A stretch of DNA of 64,000 nucleotides from Lama glama (Eukaryota): positions 5,582,001-5,646,000 of the forward strand of contig CM052816.1 in assembly GCA_028534125.1 (NCBI GenBank). Direction: 5' to 3'. The translations under genes were made by a program, and so were the position numbers. The notes below the pieces were generated by a model, which was given only the letters and a program-made list of their open reading frames with translations, made no database searches and was not told the origin of the DNA. The stretch's first letter is position 1, and every line of letters starts with the position of its first letter. Shown here piece by piece: positions 1-12,687 of the stretch.

Positions 1-218
1 TCACTTCCCACCCCCTTTTCCCCCTAGTAACCATGTTCGTTTTCTATGTCTGTGAGTCTGTTTCTGTTTTGTAAGTAAATTCACTTGTGTCCTTTTATTT
101 ATATTCCACATATAAGTGACAGCATATGGTATTTTTCTTTCTCTTTCTTGATTACTTCACTTAGAATGATGATATCCAGGTCCATTCATGTTGCTGCAAA
201 TGGTATTATTTTATTCTT
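1..218 (-). mobile_element. L1 3'-end fragment (truncated by the window edge)
   Basis: Typical antisense L1 3' UTR text (TTTTCTATGTCTGTGAGTCTG...CATGTTGCTGCAAATGG), similar to copies at 16.0-16.5 kb and 53.85-54.2 kb. Confidence 0.85.
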
Positions 219-336
219 TGACAGTTTCCTTTTTTTATCAGTTGTCTGTTTGTCCAAAAGACTGTAAGCTTACTAATGACAGAATCTAAAAACCTTAGTC
301 CTTGATCTAAGATTGGACTCAACATTCTGAATTCAG

Positions 337-472
337 GGGAGGAGGGTATAGCTCAGTGGTAAAGCGCGTGCTTAACATGTACGAGGTTCTGGGTTCAACT
401 GCCATTACTGCCATTAAATGAATAAATAAAGAAACAAACAAACCTAATTACCTCCCCCCTCCAAAAAAATAT
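337..472 (+). mobile_element. tRNA-derived SINE (camelid vic-1-like) with 16-bp TSD
   Basis: A-box TAGCTCAGTGG, B-box-like GGTTCAA and an A-rich tail. Flanked by AACATTCTGAATTCAG (321-336) and AACATTTTGAATTCAG (473-488). Confidence 0.85.
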
Positions 473-644
473 AACATTTTGAATTCAGACACTTATTAAC
501 GTTGTAGTCAGAACGGTACCTGCTACAAACTTCTTAATGACTTTTCAGTCGCGGGCTCTGGAAATTGTTAGGGAGAGATATGATGACATGAAAACAGCTG
601 TTAAAATTTTAGTGGGCAGACCACCCTAGAGTGAATTCAATCTA

Positions 645-790
645 TAACTGGTTTTCTCAAACTGCAATTATTAGACCACTTACATCAAATTAATCTGTGC
701 TTGTTAAAGATGAAGATTTCTTGGCTCCACTCTGATTTACCAATTTGGCATCTCTAAGGGTGAGGCCTGGGCATCTGCATTTTTAATGTG
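645..790. mobile_element. hAT-Charlie MITE remnant (MER5-like)
   Basis: TTCTCAAACT...GGGCATCTGCATTTTTAA resembles the MER5 consensus. Confidence 0.55.
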
Positions 791-857
791 CATGTAGTTT
801 TAATGACTTACAAACCAAGCCCATGTATCTTTTGATTGTCATAATCATACTCTAATT

Positions 858-1220
858 CAGTGATTCTCAAAGTGTGGCACAAGAGCCTCTGCGGGTCCCT
901 GAGACCTTTTCAAAATGATTTCATAATAATACTAGAACATTATTTGTCTTTTTCACTCTCATTCTCACACAGTACGGTACAATTTTCTAGAGGCTACATA
1001 ATGAATGACATCACAAGAGAATGAATGCAGAAGGAGACAGAAATGCTATTTATGTTAACATGCACTGAATTTATCATTTTAAATAAATAACTTAAAAAAA
1101 TTATTTTGATATCTAAAATGGTACACGTTGACAGATAAAACTCACACAAATACAAACTCTTTGATGTTCCCAATAGGTTTTAAAAGTGTCAAGGGATGCT
1201 AAGACCAAAAATTTGAATGC
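858..1220. mobile_element. hAT-Charlie element (MER106/Charlie10-like)
   Basis: Starts CAGTGATTCTCAAAGTGTGG, contains GGGTCCCTGAGACCTTTTCA...TTCATAATAATACTA, and ends GACCAAAAATTTGAA. Confidence 0.6.
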
Positions 1221-1689
1221 TTTTAGTTATCATTATTATCAGCAGTACTTTAAAGATAAGCTTAAGACACAGTTAAGCAGCTTAATGACATTCTAGTCTT
1301 AAACCCCAAATTTTATAAACTTTCCATTACAAAAGAAAATCAGAGGAAAGTACCTATTTTATACATATATAATGTTTTTGGTTTTTTTGGAATAGGTCGT
1401 TTTTAACATGCTCACAGGTGATACTGATGTCCCTAAATTTAAAGACCCACCATCTGAAGGGTTTTAGGAAGAGACTGTGTTTAGACATCAAAATGATAAT
1501 TCTGAAAGCATTAAATGAAGTTGGCATTGGGTTCTTAAAAGGCCAGGTCCCTTCTCTGGGACTTAGTTTTTCACATCTATTCAATGAGGGTGTCTCTAAT
1601 GCTCTTCTGGCGCTCAGTTCGGGTTTCATGCATTCCCACTGCTCAAGGGCAACAGAAGAGGTACATCTTTTTGATCAGGAGTCAGGAGT

Positions 1690-2150
1690 AAGCTAAAGTC
1701 ATAAATTAGAGCATGTCACTCTTCTGCATAGAAACGTTCAATGCTTTTCCAATGCTCTTCAAAAAAAAAAAAATCAAAATCCTTGTCCTGGCTCACCAAC
1801 TCTACAAAATTTGCCCAGTTTAAGCCTCTTGCCTCATCTTCCTCTTTTTGCTCCATTCACAGTGGCCTTCTTCCTCTTTCTTGACCAGACTGTTTGTTTC
1901 CAGGAAAAGGCGTTTGCACTTGCTATTCCTTCTGCTTCTAATACTCATCTCTAGATTTTCCTAAGGTTTACTTCTTCGCTTCGCTGTCACTTTATTCTGT
2001 CTAATTTTCTCTAAAGCACTCACTACTACGTGGGCCTCGTCCACTAGGACGTCAACTACCTGAGAACAAGGCTACTGTCGCTCGTAAACCAGTGTGTCCC
2101 AAGCACCCAGGGTAGTGCCTGACAAGTAGGTGGTGCTCAGTAAATATACG
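1690..2150. mobile_element. Degenerate L2 3' fragment
   Basis: L2-like motifs (CATGTCACTC...; TTTGCACTTGCTATTCCTTCTGC; GTAGGTGGTGCTCAGTAAATA). Confidence 0.55.
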
Positions 2151-2302
2151 ATGTCCGAACTTCGGCAGCTCAGGCCAGACCTTCAAAAGGGCCGTGGATA
2201 CTCTACCTTCCTTCACGTCATACCCCGACCCACCACCCAAACCCACGCCTCGGCACCCTCAGTGCCTCCCGCAGTAGCGACCCCCAACAAGCCCCAACTC
2301 AC

Positions 2303-2360
2303 CAGACGAGCGCCGAGCTTTTTCCGGCCGAACTGGCTGCTTGACCCGGAAGTTCTCTCG
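2303..2360 (-). other. MFAP3: Probable non-coding first exon of the divergent gene; bases 1-2302 would be its intron 1
   Basis: Strong minus-strand donor CTG|GTGAGT (reverse complement of 2297-2305) inside the CpG island. The name rests on recalled head-to-head synteny with FAM114A2, since no MFAP3 coding sequence is in the window. The TSS is approximate. Confidence 0.65.
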
Positions 2361-2399
2361 AGTAGGCGAGGCTGCCTCCGCCCTGAAGGAGGACTTCCG

Positions 2400-2436
2400 G
2401 GGCAATAGGAGCGGCTTTTCGGCGGCTGTGGCGGCG
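2400..2436 (+). other. FAM114A2: FAM114A2 non-coding exon 1 (TSS approximate)
   Basis: Donor GCG|GTGAGG at 2436/2437 just downstream of the ETS motifs. An alternative donor ACG|GTGAGG lies at 2563/2564. Confidence 0.6.
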
Positions 2437-2779
2437 GTGAGGGTGGCGGTCGGTTGGATGAGGGGCTTCCCCTGAGGAGGAGGGCTGGGTGCGGGGTCCA
2501 GGGGTCGCCGAGGAAGGGGAGGCAGTTGCCCCGGGCTGGGCGGCGGGCGCCTCGCGGTGGACGGTGAGGCTACGGAAGCGCTTTGGTTATTGAAGCGCTA
2601 CGCTTGTGTGAGGAATTCTTGTCGCCGTCAGCGTCAGAAACTTAGGAGAGCGCGTTTACACCAGATTTCCCCTTTGGCACCTGTTCGTGTAATTTGAAAG
2701 AGGGGAGAGCGGATTTTCTTTGTGTGGAGACATACCTTTTTGTTAATAACGAGAGTAACGAAACGACCACTTCGTACCA

Positions 2780-2992
2780 ACAGCAGCTGATACCCGTGTG
2801 CGGTTATGTGCCGGGCTCAGTTTCAAACCCCTCACATCCACCGTGTCGTTTCGTCTTTTTAGGACCTCTGGCAAGTAGGCATTACTCACCGCATTTTCCA
2901 GATGGGGAAGCGGAGACGCAGATAGGTGAACTAACTTCCCACAATCTCTGCAGTACGGAATTGGGAGAAAGTCAGTTTAATTCCAGAGCCCT
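2780..2992 (-). mobile_element. MIR SINE
   Basis: MIR core in antisense (CATTTTCCAGATGGGGAAGCGGAGACGCAGA...). Confidence 0.6.
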
Positions 2993-4429
2993 TTATATTA
3001 TTATTTATTATATTATGTATAACTTAGGATGATGATGGTAGCTTGTAACTTGGAGACAGCATAAGGAGAACGAGAAGTTATTTTTTAAAAAAGCGTGTAT
3101 TTATTCAACTACACAAAACGTGTACTGAACTTTGTGTGAGAACTGTGTAATATTTCTTATTAGGCTTCTATAGTAAGTGGCGAGGAAATTGTCTTAAATT
3201 AGTTCTCAATCGCCAGAGCTTGGTATGTAATAGATACTCAAAAAATGTTTTCAAGTAAATAAGTGAGTATATCGGAGTTGATTTGTATGCAATGGGTAGT
3301 TGTATCTAGATTGTTTTTTTCTATGTGTTTTGGAAATGTATAATGTATGTATATCATACACCATATGGTCTAGGATCCATGGTGTTACATAAACCCACTT
3401 TTCTAGCCTTATGCCTCCTTATTATTCTCCTTGCCATTTTAATTACTTCTAGTGTCTGTCCATATTCCATGCTGTCAAACCTCAGACCTTTGAGCTTTCC
3501 CACATGTTGCCACACCCTTCAGTTCTCTCATTGGCATCTTCATATGTCAAAATTCTAAGAGCCCTTTAAAGCAGGTGTTGCAAACTCAGATGCCCACAGG
3601 GGCTAATCAGGTGACATAAATGAGGCAGGTGGATTTAGGTGGAGACTATGGGGAGCTAGAGAACGCTACCCTGTCTAAAAGATCCCAGCAACTGTTTGGC
3701 ATGAGCTAGTTATTACCAAGTTGAATGTGGGCCCAGTGTTGCCGAATCTTTCAATTTTACAAGAGAAATTGGAAGTTATTTGTGTATATGAAGTCTGATT
3801 TTTAAATGTTAGCAATTAGTTTTTTTAAAAAAGTTTAAACACTCTACAGCCCAAATAAAAACATCTGTAGGCTAAATTTGGACTCAAAATTCCAGTTCGT
3901 GGTCACTATTATATGCTCATTTCAGATATTTAAAGTCCATGAATGTTATTTCCTGATCTAGACTTTTCCTTCCTCTCTGTTCTTTTAACATTTTGTGTGT
4001 ACCTCAATTATAGTCCTACTTCCAGGCTGCCTTAGTTGTTAGTATGTTTCTCTCTTCTAGTAGGTTAGAAACGTTGTGATGGATTGGGTCTAATTCTGCA
4101 CTTAGTATATGGTACAGAATATGTGCTTATACATACCCATAGTCTGGATGGGCATGTGTGTGTATGTATGTATGTATGTGTGAGATGTATTTATTTCTTC
4201 CCAGCAATATTTGGTTATCCTGGAAACCAGCATCTGCTCTTTGTAAAAACACCAGTAGTATCTTGGCTTTAATTGCCAAAGAGCTGTATTTCTGGAAGGA
4301 ATTGAATTGGTTAACATTGCTATTCACAAGCTGGTCTGATGTCAGTCTTATTTTGATAGCTTAAATTTCATAATTTTCTCTTTGAAAAATTGAAGTAGGA
4401 ATGATTCATGACTAATATGTTTCTTTAAA

Positions 4430-5640
4430 TGATAGTCAATTAAAGGAAAAGTTGATAAATTGGACCTCATTGAAATTAAAAACTTTGGCTCTGTGGAAAA
4501 CCCTTTGAAGAGGATGAAAAGATAAGCTACAAACTGGGATAAAATATTTACACCACATATTTGACAAAGGACTTGAATCTAGAATGTAAAAAGAGCTCTC
4601 AAGACTCAACAGTTTAAAAAAAATTTCAATTAGAAAATGAGCAAAATATCCAAATAGGTATTTCCCTGAAGAGAACATACAGATGGCAAATAAGCACATG
4701 AAAAGATGTTCAAAATCATTAGCAATTATAGATAGCTATAACCATCTAGCCATAGCCAGAGAAATGCACCTTAAAGCACCTTAAAGCCATAGTAAGATAT
4801 CCTAACACACCTATTATAGTAGTTCACATAAAAAAATAACACTGCCAAATGCTTATAAAAATGAAGAAAAACTTGATCACTCGTACATTGCTGGTGGGAA
4901 TGTAAAATGGTACAGCTACTTTGGAAAAGAGTATGGCAGTTTCTTATAAAATTAAACAAGTTCTGTCAATTGCACTGTGGTCATTTATTTCAGGGAAATG
5001 AGAATTTATATTCCCATAAAACCCTCTGTAGGAATGTTCACAGCCATTTCATTTGTAGTAGCCCTAAACTAGAAACAGCCCAGACATCCTTCAGCATGTA
5101 AATGGTTAAACAACTGAGATACATCCACACCAAGGAACACTAGTCAGCAATAGAAAGGGAGAAACTACTGATAACCAAAACAACTTGGGTGGATCTTGAG
5201 CTTAATGCTAACTGAAAAAAGTTAATCTCAAAAGGTTACATGCTGTATGATTGCATTTATACAACATCTTGAAATTACAAAATTATATAGATGGAGAATA
5301 TCAGTGGTTGCTATGGGTTTAGGAGGAAGGTGGAATGTGTCTAAAAATATATAACACAAGGTATCTTTGTAATTGAATTGTTCTGTATCCTGATTGTGGT
5401 AACGGTCACATGAGTCTGCATGTGGTAAAATTTCATAGAACTAATTACACAAGCACAAATGAGTGCATGTAAAACTCCTGAAATCTGAATAAGGTTGGTG
5501 GATTTTATCCATATCCTAGTTGTGATGCGCTATAGTTGCACAAATCGTTACCTTGTGGAAACTGAGTAAAGAGTATATTAGGGCTCTGTATTATTTCTTA
5601 AACCTGCATGTGAATCTACGATAATCTAAAAAAGTTTAAA
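4430..5640 (+). mobile_element. Old L1 (L1MC/L1MD-type) ORF2 end and 3' UTR
   Basis: L1 ORF2 3' hallmarks (ATTGAAATTAAAACTTTGGCTC, AAATGGTACAGCTACTTTGGAAAA) with many disabling changes. Confidence 0.8.
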
Positions 5641-5675
5641 CAAATAACTTATGCCAAAAAAACCTACATTATTAA

Positions 5676-5972
<297 letters not shown>

Positions 5973-6302
5973 TGAGATTGAAAAGTATCAGGGTTAAAAG
6001 GAATTTGGAATCAGTATCAACTTGCAGTTGTTTCTATTTCTTTCCTTTTATAACCAAAAAACACAATTTTGTCAGTTCTGTAAATGCTTTTATGAGTAAT
6101 TGCCTTTGCTATGTGATGCTTATATACATGCAGGTAACATATGTCTGTCAGTCAAGCAGTACCTTTCTTTAGCCAGACAAATACATATTTGTTCACATAT
6201 TTTTTTGGTCAGTAATTATCTACCTTGTATGTACACTCTTTGTTTTCCTCTAATTTTTATTTTTCCTTTGCCTTTTGTTTTTCTGGCTACGGGGGAAAAT
6301 AG

Positions 6303-6419
<117 letters not shown>

Positions 6420-6777
6420 TAATTTTTGTGTGTATTTTGCTACAGATTTGTGTTAAAAATCACTTTGTTAATCTTTTCTCTTCCATACTTACTCAAAGCC
6501 TTTATAGTTTGAGAATGCATTATAATGATCAGTGACTTTATACTGCCACTAGAGTTTGTAGCATTTTCTCATTAGAAGGTTGATATTTAGAAATTGTTAA
6601 TATAAAAATATTCTTTGGTGATAATCTTTTCTTTTTTTTTTTTTTGGATAAGGGTACACTCCCAAAGATTAGTTATATGTGGTTAAAATAACATGTCTTG
6701 TGGCTGTCATGAACTTTAAAATCTGCAGATTTGATTTTTGATTTGTTTCTTCACTTTTGGTAAGTAGTAGCAAATGA

Positions 6778-6936
<159 letters not shown>

Positions 6937-9853
6937 TAGATTGATGGAAAAGTTAAGCTCATTTTTCAGTAGATACTTATTGAATGTCTGATATTCAGGG
7001 CATCATGGGACTAGTGAGATAGGGGATTTAGAATCTTTGGCTGACAGAGGTCTATGTCCTTTAACCACTCAGATGTCTCTTCACTTCGCTTTCCTCATCT
7101 ATGAAATGGGATGGTATTTTATATCTCAAAGGACTGTTGTAACCAATAAATAAATAAAGCTATGAACGTGGAATGTAAAAATTGCCCAGCATTGTGCTTA
7201 GCACAGTTGAGTGAGAGCCCAGTAAGGGTTAACTAAACTTGAATCTATTGTGACATGAAAAAAATATTTTAATGTGTTAGTTTTGGGGGTGTATTTTTGT
7301 GTTTGGATTATTGTGAAGGTGAAGTTTAATTCTGGAGGCCTGCTTTGATCAAGTAGAATCCTACTCTCACTTAAGCCAAAAAGGGAAGAGTTATGCCCAG
7401 GGATCAAGAGGGCTGGGACCAGAAAATAGAAAGCTTTTTAGGGCCTGAGTTTGCTTTCTCCATCCCTCAGGGACTTTATTGTCTCCCATTCTTGCTTCTC
7501 TCTGCTCATCTGTATTATTCTCCTCTCAGAGCCTCCTGACTTTCTCTGGTTATTGTCCCCCACTTCAGCTCTATAGTGAGTCCTGGTGTAAGTATCCATC
7601 ACAGACTTATTGGCATCATTTATTTCCATTTCTAAATTCCCAGAGCAGAGAATTAACTCAGCCTAAACTTGGGTCACGTGTCCATGTGTCAGCAATGGCC
7701 AGGAGACAAGATCCTATTATATAGTGTGACTGCAGAGGACTGTGTATATGACTTGAGGACACCGTTCTTAGTGTCACCTGCATCAGATGCTATGGCTTCA
7801 AGTAACAGAGTATGTGATTAAAAGTGAGTTTTTTTTCTCACTTTAAAGAACTCCAGAAGTAGGCTATTCCAGAGTTAGTTTTGTGGCTCTTTGGTGTCAG
7901 AGTTCTGCACTGGCTTCTCTACAGTATTTTTTTGTTGCTGTTGTCTTTTTATGGTTGCCAGATAATACCACAGTTCTAAGTATAGTGTTCTAATGTAACT
8001 GTGATCAAAGTCATAAATTAAGTGGATGGAAAGTGTCATTTCTCTTCATGTATCTCTTTCCTATAAAGAGAGGAAAAGTTTTCCCAGTAGCTCCCAGCAT
8101 ATTTTTCAGATTCCATTGGCTAGAACAGGGTTTCATGTTCATGCTGTAGCAGCAGGAGATGCCGGGAGAGTGAGTTTTGGGCATTATCATAAACCTCCAT
8201 GGCAGGAGGTAGGCTTATAAGGTAAGGAAAAGGGGAGAAGTGGCCTTGGGTAGTAAAAGCAGTGACTTCCCCAAGACCTAAAAGTTGTCCACCACACAAG
8301 CCGTGTTTCAGTGCCCCAGAAGAGCATTGAAAAACTCGAATGAATATTGATGGAAAGAGTGAGCTAGAAAGTGAAATACCCAGGGCTAAAGTTTTACAAG
8401 AGAAAGTTGAAAGCATCATGGATACTGAAGCTGGAAATCTGGGGAATGAAGATGGGGAGGATATGTTGGTTCTTTTCATGTCTCTGAAGACTACCATGGA
8501 TAAGAAGGCGGTTTATTTGCGGCTTACACTTATTTTTAGGAGAGAAGTAGTACCACTCTTTAAGTTACATGCATTTAGATTTTGGTTTAATAAAGAGTTT
8601 TTAAAGGATTATAAGAAAGATAACTTTCTAAACTTATAATGGAGTAAACTTAAATAATAAACTCTTTTCATCTTCTAAAGTTCCTAAGGAGGGAGTTAAT
8701 CCCTCTGCCAAGATGTTGTAGCAGGGATATGTCTTTTCAGAGTTTTGAGGTAAGCAGAGGCCACCAATGGAAATCGTCTTATCATCATTTAAGAATGGAG
8801 CAGGGATGGAGTGTTGATCTAAAGACTATGTTTGACTCTACTTGATAATAACAGGAAAGACCAGTAATAGAGGGAATACAAAGAAAGGAATGGTATGGAC
8901 CAAGACTCAGACTGGTACTACACAGCAGTATTTGTTGAGGGCTTAACCTTTGAGTGTTCTATCTTTGTTCTGTTATGCTTATGAGCACTACAGTACTTTG
9001 CTATTTGTATAACTGGAGGAAAATGCCAAATGAATACATTAGTGGGTTGAGGAATAAAGCATGCTCTGTGCTTGTGTTAACATCAAATTCTCGTTTTCTT
9101 CTTAGTGTAATTAAGCATTGTCTCTGAATTTAGACCTCAAAGATGTTGTAGGAAAATTATTTTTCTAAACTCAGTCCAACAGATTAATTCATTCACCAAA
9201 ATTTTATTGTGTGTCCACTCAGTGCCAGACACTATTCTAAGTGCAGGAGACATTGGTGAATAAAGCAAACAGCCTATACCTCAGTGATCAAGTGAAATGA
9301 AAAATAAATTAAGGGGAAACTGCCTCTCTGGGGTAAAGCACAGTGCTTGGTGTTGGAAGAACTTGGAAATGAATTAGACATAGACTTCCTGCCCTCTGTT
9401 TTTCATTGTTGAAAGAACTAACCAGAGTACCAATCAGGTGAAGTCAAGTGTGAAGTTCAAGCAAAGGAGTGTAGGAACTTTGAGCAATTAATTTATGTTT
9501 TCATGAGAGAAGAAATTTGAGTTAGATCTTGAGAATGGATATGTTTTTAAACAGGTGGAGAAGCTGTGGGGCAGGGATTTTGAGGTGAAGGGAACAGCAT
9601 GAATTCAGAAAATGTAAGAAGGCATGAGATATTTGGGGAAGAAAGAAGCCCATGATTTGTGTAGGGATGGATGGAGAAATATGCCTGAAAAGTGGGATAT
9701 CTGTCATGGAGATCTTTGTTTTTCAAAGCAAAAAAATCACTTTTTCTCATTTTGAAAATAATGCTCGTTATAAGAAAACGTAGTCAAAAAAATGGAAAGC
9801 TATAAATAAGTGAAAAATCTTCTGATTCCATCCAGAAATAACATTTTGTTATA

Positions 9854-10343
9854 CAGTGGTGCCTTAGTATCCAGGAGAAATTGGGTCCAGGACCCCCACC
9901 CCCTATACACACAAAATACATGGATGCTCAATCTTTTATATTAAATGGGGTAATAGTTGATCCTCCTGTATACTTTAAATCATCTCTAGATTGCTTCTAC
10001 TACCTAATATAACACAATGTAAATGCTACGTAAATACAATGTAAATTCTATGTAAGTGATTGCCTGCATGTGGCAAATTCAAGTTTTTTTTTTTAAGGCA
10101 GGGAGGTTTATTTAGGTTAATTTAGGTTTGTTTGTTTGTTTGTTTAAACAGAGGTACTGGGGATTGAACCAAGGACCTTGTGCATGCTAGGGTTGTGCAC
10201 TCTACCACTGAGCACTCACTCTGCCACCTTCCCTGGTCAAGTTTTGCTTTTTGGAACTTTATGGAAGTTTTTTCCCTCTAGATATTTTTGATTCATTGTT
10301 GGTTGAATCCACAGATGCAAAACTTCCAGATATGAAGGGCCAG
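9854..10343 (+). mobile_element. MER2-family (TcMar-Tigger) element interrupted by a SINE
   Basis: TA|CAGTGGTGCCTTAGTATCC terminus; internal TATACTTTAAATCATCTCTAGATT; end GGTTGAATCCACAGATGC. Homologous to 26702-27021. Confidence 0.8.
10088..10235 (-). mobile_element. tRNA-derived SINE (vic-1-like), nested in MER2
   Basis: Reverse complement of the 337-472 element. TSD TCAAGTTTT at 10079-10087 and 10237-10245. Confidence 0.8.
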
Positions 10344-10419
10344 AACTTTTCCCCATTTCTACCCCATGAATGTTAGAAAGTGTGTGGGATGGGGAAGTCT
10401 TTTATGCTTATTCACATAA

Positions 10420-12340
10420 TTACCACTTCTGATACTCACTATTTTGTGTAGATCTAAGTTTCAACTAATAACATTTTCCTTCAGCTTTAAAATTTTCTTT
10501 TAATATTTTTTGTCAGTGCATGTCTGCTGACCATGAAAATTCTCAAATTCTGTTTGAAAATGTCTTTATTTTCATTTTTGAGGATATTTTCTTGGATATA
10601 GAAGTCTAGGGTGACAATTTTCTCCCCCTTTTATCACTTTTAAAGTATCATTTCATTTTGTTCTGGCTTTCATTCTTTCTGTTTGAAAGTCAGTTATATT
10701 CTTACCCATTGTGCCTCTGTATGTAATGCTTCTTTTCTCCAGCTGCTTTTATAAGTTCTCATTATCACTGCTTTTCAGCAATGTTGATTATGATATAGTT
10801 TTCTTTGTATTTATTCTGCTGGATAGACATTGTACTTTGTGGGTTTATGGGATTTAGTCAACTTTGGAAAATGTTCAGCTGTTGTTTCTTCATATGATTT
10901 TTCTGCACCTCGCTTTTTCCCCTTGGTACTCCAGTTACACGTGACTTAGACAGCTTGGTGTTGTCCCGTGGTCACTGAGGTTTGGTTAATTTTTTTAACC
11001 CTTTTTTCTCTGTACTTCGGTTTGGATAGTTTTTGTTGTGTCTTCAGGTTTATTGATCTTTTCTTCTGCTGTGTCTATGCTGTTAAGTCCATTTAGTGAC
11101 TTTTAAATCTCAGGTGTATTTTTCAACTCTAGAAATTGTATTTATTTCTTTTTTCTGTCTTCCATTTCTCATCTTCTTATGTACATATTTTAGTGTCCTT
11201 GCCTGCTAATACTATCATCTCTGTCATTTGAATCTGTTTGTATTGACCAATTTTTTTTCTTGGTTATAGATCACATTTTTCATTCCTTTAATTGGTTGCT
11301 GGACGTTAGGAATGTTACATTACTGTGTGAATTTTGTTATCTTTTAAAGGGTGTCAGTTTTGTTTGGCAGACAGCTAAGATATTTGTAACTTAGACTGAT
11401 CTTTTTAAGGCTTGTTTTTAAGCTCTTTAGGGTAACTAGAGTTGCCTTTCCTCTTAGGTGCTAGTTTAGCTCTACTACTAAGCCTCTGACCCTTATAGGG
11501 TCTCTGCCTAGTTTCCAGGTGTTTAACTAGATCTGTCTGCTTAATTGGTTGAAAGTCAGATGTCTCTCAATCTAGAATGAGCTTTGGGCATTCTTTGGTT
11601 CATAGCTCTATGGTAGTTCTTTGCCCAGTAGCGTGGAATCTTCCAGTGCATGAGCAGCTTAATATTCAGTCAAAGACTCAAGGGAATGCCTGTGTAGAAT
11701 TCTTTACCTCCATAGCTTCCTCCTCTTCAGTACAGGCAGACCTTGGAGATACTGTGGGTTCAGTTCCAGACCACTACAGTAAAGCAAATATTGCAATAAA
11801 GCAAGTCACACGAATTTTTTGGCTTCCCAGTGCATGTAAAAGTTATGTTTATATTATATTTTAGCCTATTAAGTGTGCAGTAGCATCATGTCTAAAAAAA
11901 CTTATATACCTTAATTAAAAAATGCTTCATTGCTAGAAGATACTAACCATCAGCTGACAAGGGAGGGTTGTGCAAACCTTCAGTTTGTAAAAATGCAGTA
12001 TCTGTGGAGCACAGTAAAGTGAAGTGCAGTAAAATGAGGTTTGCCTATACTGTGACCTGCAAATTTCAGATGCCTCAGCTTTCCTGGAGTCCAGTCTCTG
12101 TTTTTTCCACTTAGTTAGACTGCCATGCTCTTCTTGGGTTTCCCTTCCCTGTGTTGTGTTCTGGAAAGCAAGCCAATCATAAGAGTTCCCTTTGTTTCTC
12201 TTCTCACCTGAACCATAGTCTTGTATGGTATGTTGTCTAGTGTCTGAAGACAGTTGTTTCTTATATTTTGTCCAGTTTTCTAGATGATAGAACGGTAATC
12301 AGATACCAGATAATCCATCATAGTTGGAAGCCGAAGTCCT
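10420..12340 (-). mobile_element. Ancient L1 (L1M-type) fragment, antisense
   Basis: Long T-rich degenerate antisense L1 text (TTGAAAATGTCTTTATTTTCATTTTTGAGGATATTTT...), split by a Tigger1 derivative. Confidence 0.6.
11733..12047 (-). mobile_element. Internally deleted Tigger1 derivative
   Basis: TA|CAGGCAGACCTTGGAGATA ... AAAATGAGGTTTGCCTA|TA: both Tigger1-like termini with a TA duplication. Confidence 0.8.
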
Positions 12341-12536
12341 CCCTATAATAGATTATTTTTTTATCTCCTATAAGAGATTTCAGTGTTAGTAAAATAGAAC
12401 AGATTTTTTTTTAATCTTTGATGTCAAATTCCTATGAAGAAGCATAATTTTCTAGGATAAAATTTAAAATAGGCTGGATTTTAAAAAGTCAGATTTGTTG
12501 AGTTAAAATTTACATTAAGTTGACTATTTTTAGGTA

Positions 12537-12687
12537 CATTCATCCCACAGTATTTGTGGGGGATTGGTTCCAGGAGCCCCCCTTGGATACCAAAATCCTC
12601 AGATGCTCAGGTCCTTTATGTAAAATGGCATAATATAGTTGGCCCTCTATCTGCAGGTTCCACATTGATGGAATGGAGGGCCAGCTG
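12537..12687 (+). mobile_element. Short MER2-family MITE
   Basis: GGGGATTGGTTCCAGGA...GGATACCAAAATCC...GGAGGGCCAGCTG|TA with TA flanks. Confidence 0.7.

Larger units (their letters stand above)
2200..2700. promoter_or_regulatory. CpG island, bidirectional promoter with ETS/GABP-type motifs
   Basis: Densest CpG cluster in the window. CCGGAAGT at 2346-2353 and ACTTCCGG at 2393-2400. Splice donors point outward on both strands (minus at 2302, plus at 2437). No TATA box seen. Confidence 0.9.

Noticed and set aside
337..410. tRNA gene
   Set aside because: It has A/B-box-like motifs but no clean cloverleaf, and it carries an A-rich tail, a TSD and three other dispersed copies, so it is a SINE head.
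4436..5101. ORFs suggesting an active L1 ORF2
   Set aside because: Short fragments broken by stops and frameshifts; the element is a 5'-truncated fossil.
8340..8639. 99-aa ATG ORF with protein-like acidic composition inside intron 4
   Set aside because: I recognise no homology, the FAM114A2 exon chain is complete without it, and purine-rich DNA readily gives such composition. A tBLASTn/PhyloCSF check would settle it.
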